36,449 nt of DNA from the IMG/VR virus record IMGVR_UViG_3300049199_000005, positions 1 through 36,449 of that record. One strand, given 5' to 3'. A model generated the notes under the pieces. That model saw only the letters and a program-made list of their open reading frames with translations, searched no databases and was not told where the DNA came from. Position numbers and translations under genes: made by a program. Numbering within the stretch: the first letter of the stretch is position 1; every line of letters starts with the position of its first letter. This DNA is from a virus (lineage: Duplodnaviria; Caudoviricetes). Of this stretch, positions 25,419 to 35,366 are shown piece by piece.

Positions 25419-26804
25419 TTAACGAATGTCGAACTTAACTCTGTTTAATAAATTCCTTTCTATGCCGTAGCAGGTTAAATCTACGTGTTCATCGTGCTTT
25501 GCGTTTGGGAACGTACCTACTTGATTTAAAAAGGCTTCGTTCCAAGTTCCTTTAACTAATTTAACACGACCACCCTCAACAAATGGTGAGCAAGTGCGCA
25601 CGTTTTCAATCTTTGATGTATTAACAAAGTCTGTTTTTATTTCTGCAACATTTAACTTTGTTCCGTTTCTTAATAATTGTGCTATTGATTTACCTGATGC
25701 TTTAGGCTCTACTAAAGTCAAAGCAATGTTTATTCCTAAAGAATCAATAAAACTAGGAATATATTTTATTAGTTCAGGTATTTCTAAATACTTGTCTATT
25801 GATTGGTAAATAATATAATCATCATTGTACTTTGCTCCAACTTGCAAACCTGTCGGATCGTTTTGCGTGTTCTTTGTATAAGCACCATCAATAAATAATT
25901 CCCATTTTAGATTTTTAGGTAAACTATTTTTATCTATTATCTCAAAGTTTTCTTTTTTCCATTCTCCACCCTCATCAGGCGCAGGAGTTTGCATATACTG
26001 ACCTGCAAAATTATATCTATTAGCCTGCCTTATTTGTTCTAATTCCTCAAACGTGTGTTTTTCTGGGTATAAAGGCGTATTATATTTATCTAATGCAGGT
26101 AAGCATAAATGTTCCCATTCCTCACCACTACCACCATTTAAAAGAAAACCGCTTAAATCTTCTTCGTGTAATCTTTGCATAATTACAATAATTGGCGTTT
26201 CTCTATCGTTTACACGGCTTCTTATTGTTCCATTATACCTTTCATTGACTGCCTTTCTTTTAACCTCGCTATTAGCGTCATCTGGCTTTAATGGGTCATC
26301 AATAATAATAGCCCCACTAAAAAATTTTGCATCTGCTACACCTGCTCCAAATCCTGTAATTGCTCCACCTGATGCCGTAGCATAAACACCGCCACCACTT
26401 TCATTAAACCATTTCTTTTTACCTTGTGCGTCTTTCTTTAGACTCATTTGCCAAAACTTTTGGAATGATTCGCTTTCAACATATTCTTTTGCTTGGCTTG
26501 AATTGTCAAGTGCTAAATCGTCTGAATAAGAAAGGTGAATAAATTTAGAACTAGGATTTATAGCTAAACCATAAGCAATAAAATTTTTTACTGCTAATTC
26601 TGTTTTACCGTAACGAGGAGGTATATTTATAATAAGTCTTTTGCATTTTCCATTGATAACGTCCATTAGTTTGTTAGCTATCATAACAAAATGAGGCGCA
26701 ACTATAAAATTGCGCCTGTTGTTTTCTTTGTAAATATACCTAGTAAAAAATAGTAAATCTTTTTCGCAAAGTACTTTTAAAACTTTTTCCTCATTAGTAA
26801 GCAT
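25419..26804 (-). CDS. terL: Terminase large subunit
   Basis: IPPRYGKT Walker A, IIIDDP Walker B, MQRLHEEDL, FPNAKHDEHVD. Confidence 0.95.
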   Translation of the reverse strand: MLTNEEKVLKVLCEKDLLFFTRYIYKENNRRNFIVAPHFVMIANKLMDVINGKCKRLIINIPPRYGKTELAVKNFIAYGLAINPSSKFIHLSYSDDLALDNSSQAKEYVESESFQKFWQMSLKKDAQGKKKWFNESGGGVYATASGGAITGFGAGVADAKFFSGAIIIDDPLKPDDANSEVKRKAVNERYNGTIRSRVNDRETPIIVIMQRLHEEDLSGFLLNGGSGEEWEHLCLPALDKYNTPLYPEKHTFEELEQIRQANRYNFAGQYMQTPAPDEGGEWKKENFEIIDKNSLPKNLKWELFIDGAYTKNTQNDPTGLQVGAKYNDDYIIYQSIDKYLEIPELIKYIPSFIDSLGINIALTLVEPKASGKSIAQLLRNGTKLNVAEIKTDFVNTSKIENVRTCSPFVEGGRVKLVKGTWNEAFLNQVGTFPNAKHDEHVDLTCYGIERNLLNRVKFDIR

Positions 26805-27105
26805 TGTCTAAAGTTTTTGCAATACGTTTTATTTCTGCATCGTCTAAATCTTTAACCTCCACATTTAAGTTAGTTTGTTTTACTTCTTGTGTAGGTTTTC
26901 CGCACCCATATTCAATAAGTAATTTAGCTGCTGCAATCCTATCACTAGCTTTTTCATTTTCGCTTTTCATAATAGCAGCAATAACTAAAAAGGATTCTTC
27001 AATATGCGGACTAGCTAAGTCAACTCCTTTCAATTCATCTTTTAAACTAGGTCTACCTGCTTTACCTGCCGTTGAATGACCGCCGTTGTTTTTTCTCTTA
27101 TCCAT
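26794..27105 (-). CDS. terS: Terminase small subunit
   Basis: NNGG...AGRP N-terminus, YGCGKP; overlaps terL. Confidence 0.7.
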   Translation of the reverse strand: MDKRKNNGGHSTAGKAGRPSLKDELKGVDLASPHIEESFLVIAAIMKSENEKASDRIAAAKLLIEYGCGKPTQEVKQTNLNVEVKDLDDAEIKRIAKTLDNAY

Positions 27106-27125
27106 AATTAATATAAATTAAATAA

Positions 27126-27476
27126 TTAATTATAAGTATTATAAATAGCGTCTAACCTTTCAATCATTACGATGTATGGTTTTGGACTACAGCTTACACA
27201 AGGTTCGTAATATGGCACTTGAAAAATATCAGAATACAATTTACACAACAACTTTCTTTGATCGTTCTTTAAGTTTAAAGTTGGATTCTGTTTATGAAAG
27301 TCTGCCCATTGTTTCAATTCTGTTTCTGTTAATTCTCTAGGTTTTAATCTAACAGGAAATAAAGTATTCCATTTTGCTTGACGCTCTTTACACGCTTGAC
27401 AAGGTTCAATTCCTACAAACTTTGTAACCGTAGCAACTACATCTCCTAAACCTTGTATTTTCTTTTTTCTACCCAT
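27126..27476 (-). CDS. Cys-rich hypothetical protein
   Basis: GLGDVV...CQAC...CVSC. Confidence 0.75.
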   Translation of the reverse strand: MGRKKKIQGLGDVVATVTKFVGIEPCQACKERQAKWNTLFPVRLKPRELTETELKQWADFHKQNPTLNLKNDQRKLLCKLYSDIFQVPYYEPCVSCSPKPYIVMIERLDAIYNTYN

Positions 27477-27909
27477 TTATCTTTGCTTTTGCTTTCTTTT
27501 CAATTCTTGAAATAGTCATGTGACTTATTTTAAACTGCTTTTCAATCTCTCTAAGGCTTTTATCGTATCTAAGAGTAAGTATTTGTTTTTCCGTCCAAGT
27601 TAAACAATCTGGCACTTTGTAAATTGATTCCTCAATATCTTCATCTTGTATGATGTTATCGATTAAATCGCATTTAGGTAAACGGTTTTCAATTCTTAAC
27701 CAATCAATATAACAAGATTTTAAAGTAACATAAATATAAAAATCGTTTAACTCTTTATTATAATTTTGAAGTTTTAAATACATTTCACTAACAATGTCGT
27801 CAGCAAGATATGGATCTTTACAAATACCCTTTGCCATTTTCAACCAAAGTTGATGTTTACTAGCTAATGACTGTAACATAAAAATATATTTATTTTCGTA
27901 AAAATACAA
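27469..27909 (-). CDS. ECF-like RNA polymerase sigma factor (start probably 27879)
   Basis: ADDIVSEMYLKL (region 2); SLREIEKQFKISHMTISR (region 4 HTH). Confidence 0.8.
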   Translation of the reverse strand: MYFYENKYIFMLQSLASKHQLWLKMAKGICKDPYLADDIVSEMYLKLQNYNKELNDFYIYVTLKSCYIDWLRIENRLPKCDLIDNIIQDEDIEESIYKVPDCLTWTEKQILTLRYDKSLREIEKQFKISHMTISRIEKKAKAKING

Positions 27910-28080
27910 AAAATCCCAATACTAAGTATCAGGATTCGATTTTTTTTTACTTCAATAATTTTTTATCTATTTTAATATCTTTAAATTTTCTAGCCAATTC
28001 TTTAGCCTCTTGTTTTAGCCTGTAATTTTCCTCAAAGAAAGACTCTTGTTTGTTTAGTGGCTTACGTTCTGACAGTCTGC

Positions 28081-28449
28081 TCATTTCTTATTTTTATTAA
28101 ATTCTTTTACCCATACTTCGATTAAATTAAACGGTATAGTTTCAATTGTATAAGGCTTAACATCTTTCTCTTGCCCCTCGTTTACCTTTTTCACGATGTA
28201 ATCCTCAATATCTAAACCTTTTTTAAACGTTTTAACCATTTCTAAGTGGTTTTTTTGAACGTACAACTGCAATCTCTCTCTATTTGATGTTCTAGGTCGT
28301 CCTACTGTTTTTTCTTCTATTATAGCTCCTGCTTTGAATGTTATGCCACGTTTGACAAACATTGAATAAAGATTGTTATATCCTTCGTTCCAATGGTTGT
28401 AGATTGTTCCGTTGTGGTCTATTGCGTCACCTGCTAAAACTCTAATCAT
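28081..28449 (-). CDS. Hypothetical protein
   Basis: 122 aa ORF. Confidence 0.65.
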   Translation of the reverse strand: MIRVLAGDAIDHNGTIYNHWNEGYNNLYSMFVKRGITFKAGAIIEEKTVGRPRTSNRERLQLYVQKNHLEMVKTFKKGLDIEDYIVKKVNEGQEKDVKPYTIETIPFNLIEVWVKEFNKNKK

Positions 28450-28564
28450 AATTATCGATATTGCTCAGGCGTTAATATTAAAACCGCAATAATACAAGCG
28501 GTCACTACAATTGTAAAAATAATTTCTGATGTTTTCATAATTTCTATTTGTTTGATTTCTTTAG

Positions 28565-28572
28565 CAAATATA
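28565..28572 (-). promoter_or_regulatory. Bacteroidota -7 promoter element
   Basis: TATATTTG on the minus strand in an intergenic gap. Confidence 0.5.
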
Positions 28573-28609
28573 CAACTCTTTTTTAATTACGCAACTCTTA
28601 AATAAAACT

Positions 28610-28810
28610 TTAACATTTACCATAGAAAAAAGCGTCTTGTTCTTCATGTAATTTCTTTACTAATTCCATATCGCCTTTTACAATAGCTTCGTTTATTAGT
28701 TTAGGCAAATTTGACGGTCTGTCTGCTTTTGGTTTATAGTTTTCGCATTCTTGCATATCTAGTTTTTTGCAATTTTTTTGGCAATGACGGCAATTAATGT
28801 TTTTAGTCAT
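28610..28810 (-). CDS. Small Cys-rich hypothetical protein
   Basis: CRHCQKNC...C. Confidence 0.65.
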   Translation of the reverse strand: MTKNINCRHCQKNCKKLDMQECENYKPKADRPSNLPKLINEAIVKGDMELVKKLHEEQDAFFYGKC

Positions 28811-28812
28811 AA

Positions 28813-29139
28813 TTAGTATATTTTAAATTTAATAAATTCCTCGCCTTTTTTTACAATTGATTTAAACACGTGTAACTCGTAAATGTATCTATCGTCTACT
28901 TTGTATTTTTTTACAAGGCAATCAATAAAAGTTTTTAAACAGTTATCGATATCACTAGCAGACGAACTAAAACCAAATTCAACCGCTAAACGCATTTTGT
29001 TAGGATTTACTATGTTTATTTTATCAGGTAGTATGCAATGCATTTTGTAAATAAAACTATCGTATTTATCAGTTTTAAACCTTTTACCTTTAAACGCCTG
29101 ATTAACGCTCAAAGGTTTTATTTTTAGTATGTAGTTCAT
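28813..29139 (-). CDS. rusA: RusA-like Holliday junction resolvase
   Basis: PLSVN, DIDNCLKTFIDCL, DDRYI. Confidence 0.85.
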   Translation of the reverse strand: MNYILKIKPLSVNQAFKGKRFKTDKYDSFIYKMHCILPDKINIVNPNKMRLAVEFGFSSSASDIDNCLKTFIDCLVKKYKVDDRYIYELHVFKSIVKKGEEFIKFKIY

Positions 29140-29372
29140 TTTAATTTTTGTTTTACTGAACTAATAGACAAAATATTAATTTTATCTACTAATTGTTTTT
29201 CTTTTGCTATCTGTTTTTTTTCCCATAATTGAACGTGGCAAATTGCTTCTAATTGCATTTGTAGTTTATCTTTCATAATTTAAAATGGAATATCTAAATT
29301 ATCATCTGATACAAAAATATCAAATGCTTCCTCAGGCGTTGCTGTTATTTGTTTTGGTTCTTCTTTTTCAGG

Positions 29373-31136
29373 TTATTCTATTAAATCCGTTCCTTTTCTA
29401 ACTTTGTCAAAATAAGTAAAAGGACTTACATTACTAAAATAATATCTTTGGTCTTTTATATTAAAAGTTATATCTGCTATGTTTTGAGGAATACCTACTA
29501 ACTTTTGTTTTTTAATCTTTTGACTACCAAAAATAACATCAGGATCTTTAAAGTTTAAAGCCCTGTTAGGTCTCCAAACATACAAAACATTATCCGCTTT
29601 ATCTGCAAAAGTACCACCACCTTTGATGTTGTTTAATTCTGGTCTAAAATACCTACCATTGTCTTTATCGTTTTTACGGGCTGTTAATTGGTGCGCTACT
29701 AGGTTAACTGACACTTGTTTTTCAACTGCAAACCTTTTTAACTTACTCATAAAACGTGAAATATATAAATCTTCACGCTCCCCGTTGTTCATCATGTGTT
29801 CGATTGTATTGTACGGGTCAATTATCAAAGTTTTAATACCTCTTTTTTTAATAAGATAGTTTGTTTTTTCAAAAATAGTATCTAGTTTAAAATCTTTATC
29901 AGGGTAAATAACAAAAAAATGTTCGTTTACAAAATCCAATCCCTCTTTGTATTCCTGTTCAGTCATATAATTATTTTTATAAAAAGGATCACAAGATTTC
30001 CCTATGTAAGTTTCAATTAAATCATTGTAAAAATCATCTAATGGGAAATTTTCAGGACTAAAAACAGCTACTTTAACGCCAAAAGAAAATGCACGAATTA
30101 AACATAATTGATTTAAAAATAAAGATTTACCCTCGTTTTGGTATCCCGTCCACAAATTAACTTCACCCTCTCGCCACGTCCAAGCTTTGTCTATTTCTGA
30201 CACGCCTGTTGTTTCACCTCTGTTTTGCCCATTACGGTAAGAATTAATCATTGAATCCCTAACATCTGATACCGTAAAAATACCATCAATTTTAACCTCT
30301 TTAGCTAATTTAACAACGTTTGCTAACGCTTGTTTACCATATTTAATTAAATAATCATTTGCGTCTTTGCAGTCTCCAAAATTAACCGTTTTACATTTTT
30401 CAGCGCCAAACCTACGTATAAGTTCGCTTTGCCCTTTTTGTCCTGCTTCATCGTTATCAACTGCTATAATTATACTTTCTTTATTTTCGAAGTATTCCAA
30501 ATAGTTATCGATATAATCAAGGTTTAAATTACCTTTTAGGTTAAAACCGTTAGGAACTGAAACAACGTTAAAAACTCCAACAGTAGCAAAACTCAAAACA
30601 TCAAATTCGCCCTCAACAATTACGCACTCTTTTTCGTGTTGAATTGCATCTAAATTGTAAAAAATCTTTTCAGCATCTTTGTAAAGTTTAAAATTCTTTT
30701 TACCATCTCGGTACTTTACGTTAATTAATTCGCTGTTTAAATAATAATCAAAACAAATGCAATTTTCCTCTTTTTGGGTTTGTGGCATCCATTCTTTTGA
30801 CTCTCTAACTTTTAACGCTTTTAAAACGTTTAAATCTATGTTTCTAGTGTTAGTTACGTAATTAATAAAACGTTCGCTGTATTCGCTTGTTTTTGCCTTT
30901 AAAATAGGTTTTACATAAACTTTGTCACTTTCCTTTTTTTTGTAAGTGTGTAATTGTCCTGATGTACCGCAATGCCAACAATTATAAAAACCTTTTTCCC
31001 AATCAATAGAAACGCATTTATCCGTTTTCTTTTTTCGTTCTTCAGAGCAATGCGGGCAAACGTCCTGTTTTGCTCTATCTTTAAATCCGTATTGGTTGTA
31101 ATTTTCTATTACAAATCCGTTTAGTTCATTTATCAT
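29373..31136 (-). CDS. Primase-helicase (T7 gp4/Twinkle-like)
   Basis: CPHC/CWHC Zn finger; VEGEFD and DND TOPRIM motifs; TGYQNEGKS Walker A; IIDPY, LVAHQ. Confidence 0.92.
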   Translation of the reverse strand: MINELNGFVIENYNQYGFKDRAKQDVCPHCSEERKKKTDKCVSIDWEKGFYNCWHCGTSGQLHTYKKKESDKVYVKPILKAKTSEYSERFINYVTNTRNIDLNVLKALKVRESKEWMPQTQKEENCICFDYYLNSELINVKYRDGKKNFKLYKDAEKIFYNLDAIQHEKECVIVEGEFDVLSFATVGVFNVVSVPNGFNLKGNLNLDYIDNYLEYFENKESIIIAVDNDEAGQKGQSELIRRFGAEKCKTVNFGDCKDANDYLIKYGKQALANVVKLAKEVKIDGIFTVSDVRDSMINSYRNGQNRGETTGVSEIDKAWTWREGEVNLWTGYQNEGKSLFLNQLCLIRAFSFGVKVAVFSPENFPLDDFYNDLIETYIGKSCDPFYKNNYMTEQEYKEGLDFVNEHFFVIYPDKDFKLDTIFEKTNYLIKKRGIKTLIIDPYNTIEHMMNNGEREDLYISRFMSKLKRFAVEKQVSVNLVAHQLTARKNDKDNGRYFRPELNNIKGGGTFADKADNVLYVWRPNRALNFKDPDVIFGSQKIKKQKLVGIPQNIADITFNIKDQRYYFSNVSPFTYFDKVRKGTDLIE

Positions 31137-31138
31137 AG

Positions 31139-31837
31139 CTATACTTGATTTGTTTTACCATAAGATTGAACTCTAAAATTAGAAAGGTCTTGTTTTTTTA
31201 ACCAATGGGTAAAATGTTCTTTGTATTCTTTTAGAGTTTCTTTTTGCTCCTCCATTTGTATTAAATGATTTTCAAAATTTTCTAAATATAAATTTACAAT
31301 TTTTGGACTAACTTTATTTTGCATTGCTGTAACTTCAATCCATTGTGTAGATTCTTTACATTGAAAAACAAACAAAGAATTATCGATAATATTTTCTTTT
31401 GTTTTACTTTCTATTTCTATTTTACTTTCTTTTTCTCTTTGGTTAGATGTAGGCTTTAAGTTTTTTTCTGAAAGGCTTTCAAAAGGCTTTATGTTAGGCT
31501 TAACAATAGGCTTAACAATAGGCTTACTTTTCTTACCTCCTTTACTTCCTCCACGAACTAAATTTAATCTACTTTCACAACTAGGAATAAATAAAAATTC
31601 ATTGTTTAATTCAATCAATTTTAAGTCAACAAGTGTTATTAAAATAGATTCAATTTCACTTTCTGAACTACCAAATTTTCTAGCCCATAATTTAGAATTA
31701 TATGTAGTTTTATTGTCGTTTAACATAGCCATATCAATTAATTCACGATATAAACCACGTTCAATTAGAGTTAATTCAAAAACGCTTTCTGAATTACCCC
31801 AATCTTTAGGATACCAAGTATAACCAAGTTTAGCCAT
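31139..31837 (-). CDS. Replication initiator (YdaU/DUF1376-like N-terminus)
   Basis: WYPKDW...LTLIERGLYRELID; low-complexity linker; upstream of primase-helicase. Confidence 0.7.
   Translation of the reverse strand: MAKLGYTWYPKDWGNSESVFELTLIERGLYRELIDMAMLNDNKTTYNSKLWARKFGSSESEIESILITLVDLKLIELNNEFLFIPSCESRLNLVRGGSKGGKKSKPIVKPIVKPNIKPFESLSEKNLKPTSNQREKESKIEIESKTKENIIDNSLFVFQCKESTQWIEVTAMQNKVSPKIVNLYLENFENHLIQMEEQKETLKEYKEHFTHWLKKQDLSNFRVQSYGKTNQV
31451..31526. repeat. Iteron-like AGGCTT repeats (candidate origin)
   Basis: AGGCTT at 31451, 31473, 31484, 31496, 31508, 31520. Confidence 0.6.
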
Positions 31838-32024
31838 TTTGACCTCCTTTCATTTTTGCTTGAGCGTGCAAAAGAGTACCGATAAAAGAGTGTAATTCTT
31901 TTTTAGATAATAAAATTTCTTCTGAGTTTTCGAAGTTTGAAATTTTAATTAAAGTACCATCTTCTTTTTCAGAAATAGAGATAGTTAATCGAACAAATTG
32001 TTCACTTGTTAAAACGTGTTCCAT
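31830..32024 (-). CDS. Hypothetical protein
   Basis: 64 aa; overlaps the initiator start. Confidence 0.65.
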   Translation of the reverse strand: MEHVLTSEQFVRLTISISEKEDGTLIKISNFENSEEILLSKKELHSFIGTLLHAQAKMKGGQNG

Positions 32025-32040
32025 AAAAATTAAATTAAAT

Positions 32041-32151
32041 TAAATAAAAAAATCCCATCGGTTTGAAGGTTGCAGCTTCTCCCCGATAGGATAATAAAAA
32101 AATTTCTTTCATTGTAAAAAGCCTGCAACGAATTTTACTAAAGCAAATATA
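32041..32151 (-). promoter_or_regulatory. Promoter plus structured leader/attenuator of the replication operon
   Basis: TATATTTG at 32144-32151; terminator-like hairpin 32052-32092. Confidence 0.55.
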
Positions 32152-32262
32152 CAAAAAAAAACAATCAGCTACTATTTTTCACTAATTGTTTTTAAAAATA
32201 ATCCGTTCCCTATCGCTAATTTGACTTAATTAACACGGTTATTTTGTAGGGTTGTTGGTTAT

Positions 32263-32421
32263 TTACTCCATTTCATTAAAACATTCAATAATAGTTTCTC
32301 TTGCAAAACCTGCGCTAATTAGTAGGTTTACAATTATTTCCGTGTATTCCTCTATGTTTAAATCATCATTATCAGTTTCAATGCTATATTTTTTACTGTA
32401 AGATTCTAGTGTTAGTTTCAT
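32263..32421 (-). CDS. Small hypothetical protein (52 aa)
   Basis: Read by hand: MKLTLESYSKKYSIETDNDDL...LLISAGF. Confidence 0.6.
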   Translation of the reverse strand: MKLTLESYSKKYSIETDNDDLNIEEYTEIIVNLLISAGFARETIIECFNEME

Positions 32422-32423
32422 AG

Positions 32424-33638
32424 TTAAAAGATATAAGGAATTATTGTTTTTTGTTTTTCGTAGTAATTAAAGTTTACAAAACTACTTGATGTGTTTTTAA
32501 AGTTGACCTTTACCCAATCGCTAGGCGGGCTAAAAGCACCAAAATTTTGATATTCAAAAGCACTTGATGAAGTCCAATCAAATAGTAATTGGTGGCTATC
32601 ACCTTTACTAAATTCTATTTTATATTGATGTAGTTTGTATTCATCAATATAGTTTTTTATTTTTTCGATTTGAATAGGATCTAATTTAGGTTTAAACCCA
32701 AACTTCAAATTTTTATCATCTTTTCCGTGCGAAATTATAAAGCATCTGTCATCAAAAATATAATGGTCTATAAACTTTCTTTGATTGGTAACTCGTACAT
32801 TATCGCCATATTTAAGGTTAATGTATGATTTAAAAGCCGAATTAACAATGTAAGTAAAAGACCCTCCGTGATTGTCATTGCATACGTTTATGACCTCTAT
32901 TTTATCATATTGCAATATCAATTTATCAATCATTAATATTTTAAATTTCAAGGCAACATCGAACGCTTTTTGATTATCCATATTTTGTGGCAATTTATGA
33001 CCGCCACGTGTTGTAAAACCGTCATAACCGTCCATTAAATCGCCTAAATCGTTTATCAATAAAGTATTAGATTTTTGATTTTTTAGCGTTTCATTTACTA
33101 GAATTTCAAGTCTTTCGAAAATTGTTTCCTCATTCCATAAACCATCGTACAAAGAATGACCATTTGGGTTTACATCCATGCCAACGTGAATATCAGTAAT
33201 AACTAATCTATCAAAAATGCAACCGTTTAAATTTTCTGAATTGCTTTTTTTTACCGTTATAGGGGTAATTAATTCTTTAAAAATATTAGTGAAATCAATT
33301 TCTTGCTCTATTTTTTCCTCTTTAATCGGCTCGGTTATTATCCATTGCTGTTGAGTTGAAACATTAGTACTAACTCTTTTAATTTGATGGTTCTCTGGTA
33401 TGCTTATTAACTCTTTTGCGGTTAGTTTTTCAACTTTAGATATAACTTGTCCGTTTTTGTCGGTTGTTCGTTTAACCTCTTTAAAATCGGTTTTGTCAAT
33501 ATAGCGAAGTTTGTTTAAGTTAAATAGTTGTTCAGGGTCTAAACGATACTTTATACTTCCTTGAACGTCTGGTTTGTTTCCTGTTAATCCTAATGCTATT
33601 GCTTCGTGTTCTTTTAGTCTTACTCTAGTTTTTTTCAT
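32424..33638 (-). CDS. Calcineurin-like metallophosphoesterase
   Basis: TDIHVG, GDLMDG, NDNH, SHG, GDSH motifs. Confidence 0.8.
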   Translation of the reverse strand: MKKTRVRLKEHEAIALGLTGNKPDVQGSIKYRLDPEQLFNLNKLRYIDKTDFKEVKRTTDKNGQVISKVEKLTAKELISIPENHQIKRVSTNVSTQQQWIITEPIKEEKIEQEIDFTNIFKELITPITVKKSNSENLNGCIFDRLVITDIHVGMDVNPNGHSLYDGLWNEETIFERLEILVNETLKNQKSNTLLINDLGDLMDGYDGFTTRGGHKLPQNMDNQKAFDVALKFKILMIDKLILQYDKIEVINVCNDNHGGSFTYIVNSAFKSYINLKYGDNVRVTNQRKFIDHYIFDDRCFIISHGKDDKNLKFGFKPKLDPIQIEKIKNYIDEYKLHQYKIEFSKGDSHQLLFDWTSSSAFEYQNFGAFSPPSDWVKVNFKNTSSSFVNFNYYEKQKTIIPYIF

Positions 33639-33660
33639 ATTTTTTTATTTGTTGATACAA

Positions 33661-33697
33661 AAAAAAGCAATTAGCTTGTAATAAACTAATTGCTTTT
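33661..33697. terminator. Hairpin/terminator
   Basis: AAAAGCAATTAG / CTAATTGCTTTT. Confidence 0.65.
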
Positions 33698-33701
33698 AAT
33701 A

Positions 33702-33977
33702 TTATAACCTTTTAAATTCTATTTCTTCTTTTAGCTTCTTATACATCGTTTTTTTGCATAGTTTTTCAGTAAGAATACATTTCTTTATACTTTCATAAAT
33801 AAAGTCATCACATAGCCTTAAAACTTGTGTTTTAAAACGATTAGTAGGAATGTTTAGTTTTTTAAATTTTACTAAATCTTCTTTACTCCATATTGACTTA
33901 TCCCATAAATAAAAATTAGGGTACTTAATCATTTTTTGGCGTATTATGTTTGGGTGTGGCTTCATATCAGTTCCCAC
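33702..33977 (-). CDS. Hypothetical basic protein
   Basis: 91 aa ORF. Confidence 0.55.
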   Translation of the reverse strand: MGTDMKPHPNIIRQKMIKYPNFYLWDKSIWSKEDLVKFKKLNIPTNRFKTQVLRLCDDFIYESIKKCILTEKLCKKTMYKKLKEEIEFKRL

Positions 33978-34383
33978 TTGAACCGTAACCGCCTAAACCT
34001 CTTTCGCTATCTGATAACTCGTTAGTTAATTCGAACTCAATTTGTGGGTATGGTAAAATTAATATTTGTGCTGCCCTATTGCCTGTTTTGTATTTTTGTG
34101 GTGAAGTTCCAATCATAACTGCTGACAATTCGCCACGATAACCGCTATCAATAACCCCAACGCAATTAGATAAAATTTGTCTTTGCTTATAACAACTTGA
34201 TCGTGGAAATATTAAACCTACATAACCGAAAGGGATTTCTATAGCAATACCAAAATTATACTTAATATGTTCATTGTCTATCATTTCTGAACTAACAACT
34301 GTTAAATCCATTCCAGCGTCACCGTTTTTTGCGTATGTTGGTACGGTTGCATTTTCTACTAACTTCTTAATTTTTATTTTCAT
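33967..34383 (-). CDS. dut: dUTPase
   Basis: DAGMDL, PRSS, GVIDSGYRGE, AQIL, RGLGGYGSSG. Confidence 0.95.
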   Translation of the reverse strand: MKIKIKKLVENATVPTYAKNGDAGMDLTVVSSEMIDNEHIKYNFGIAIEIPFGYVGLIFPRSSCYKQRQILSNCVGVIDSGYRGELSAVMIGTSPQKYKTGNRAAQILILPYPQIEFELTNELSDSERGLGGYGSSGN

Positions 34384-34564
34384 ATTCTTTTAAGTATAAA
34401 TCGATTAAAAATTTTGTTTTTTCAAGGTCTTCAATAAAGTTTCCTTTTTTTCTACAACGCATAACACGTTTTATTATGTCAAATTCGTAGCTATTAAGCT
34501 GTTTATCTTCGCAAAATTGATAAAGTGAACCTTTGCTATTGTCGTAGTGTTTTTGTTCAATCAT
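34367..34564 (-). CDS. DUF3310-like protein
   Basis: KHY...IIKRVMRCRKKG..EDLEKTKFLI. Confidence 0.65.
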   Translation of the reverse strand: MIEQKHYDNSKGSLYQFCEDKQLNSYEFDIIKRVMRCRKKGNFIEDLEKTKFLIDLYLKEYENKN

Positions 34565-34902
34565 CTTAATATTTTTTTAGTGATTCCTTCAATGCTTTTC
34601 GGGTCTTTTTGGTACGCTTCAATAATTTGAGTAATATTTTGCATTTCCCAAATAGGTACATTTGCAACTGTTTTCATAAAATTATCGTAAACCTCATAAA
34701 CTACAAAAGTACTATCTTCGCTTTCGTTTAAAAACTTATCAAAATATTTGCTTTCAATTTTAATTAACTGAGCGCATAAATTTTTAACTAATTGCTTTAA
34801 TGCTTGGCTAAATAAACCTTTTGCTAATCCGTTGTTTAGTCTAAAATTTAATACTTGTGCATTAACGCTTATGTGTGTTATTTCGTGTGCTTCTTTACTC
34901 AT
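34561..34902 (-). CDS. Hypothetical protein
   Basis: 113 aa ORF. Confidence 0.7.
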   Translation of the reverse strand: MSKEAHEITHISVNAQVLNFRLNNGLAKGLFSQALKQLVKNLCAQLIKIESKYFDKFLNESEDSTFVVYEVYDNFMKTVANVPIWEMQNITQIIEAYQKDPKSIEGITKKILR

Positions 34903-35054
34903 TTCTATTTGGTTTTAAATTAAAATGTATTGTAAAAAATAAAAATCCAATCGAAAAAGTTTTGCTTAAAAATTCCTCGCCGCTTTCAATGTCCTCTGCT
35001 ATGCAGTCGCTATACTCTATACCTAGTAAAAAAGTATGCGTGTTTAATTCAAAT

Positions 35055-35261
35055 TCAATCATAATTCATTTTGCTTTCAAATGTTATAAATTCAATTTTA
35101 CCATTAAAAAAAAGATTAGTAAAAACTCTATCTCTTTCAATTTCGGTTATATGAATTTTGTTATTTATTTTTACTATTTCGATTCCTAATCTTCTGATTG
35201 TATCGTAAATATCTCTGCGATCTACTCCGCATTGCTTTCTGATTTCTGATATTCGTATCAT
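35055..35261 (-). CDS. Small HTH protein
   Basis: ISEIRKQCGVDRRDIYDTIRRLGI. Confidence 0.6.
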   Translation of the reverse strand: MIRISEIRKQCGVDRRDIYDTIRRLGIEIVKINNKIHITEIERDRVFTNLFFNGKIEFITFESKMNYD

Positions 35262-35326
35262 AACGCCAATATTTTAGTAATTGAAATAATAAAGTTTTCG
35301 ATTTTTATTCTCATAATTTTTTATTT

Positions 35327-35352
35327 AAACCGCCCGATATTATCGAGCGGTT
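35327..35352. terminator. Hairpin/terminator
   Basis: AACCGCCCGATA / TATCGAGCGGTT. Confidence 0.65.
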
Positions 35353-35366
35353 GTTTTTTTGGTTAA

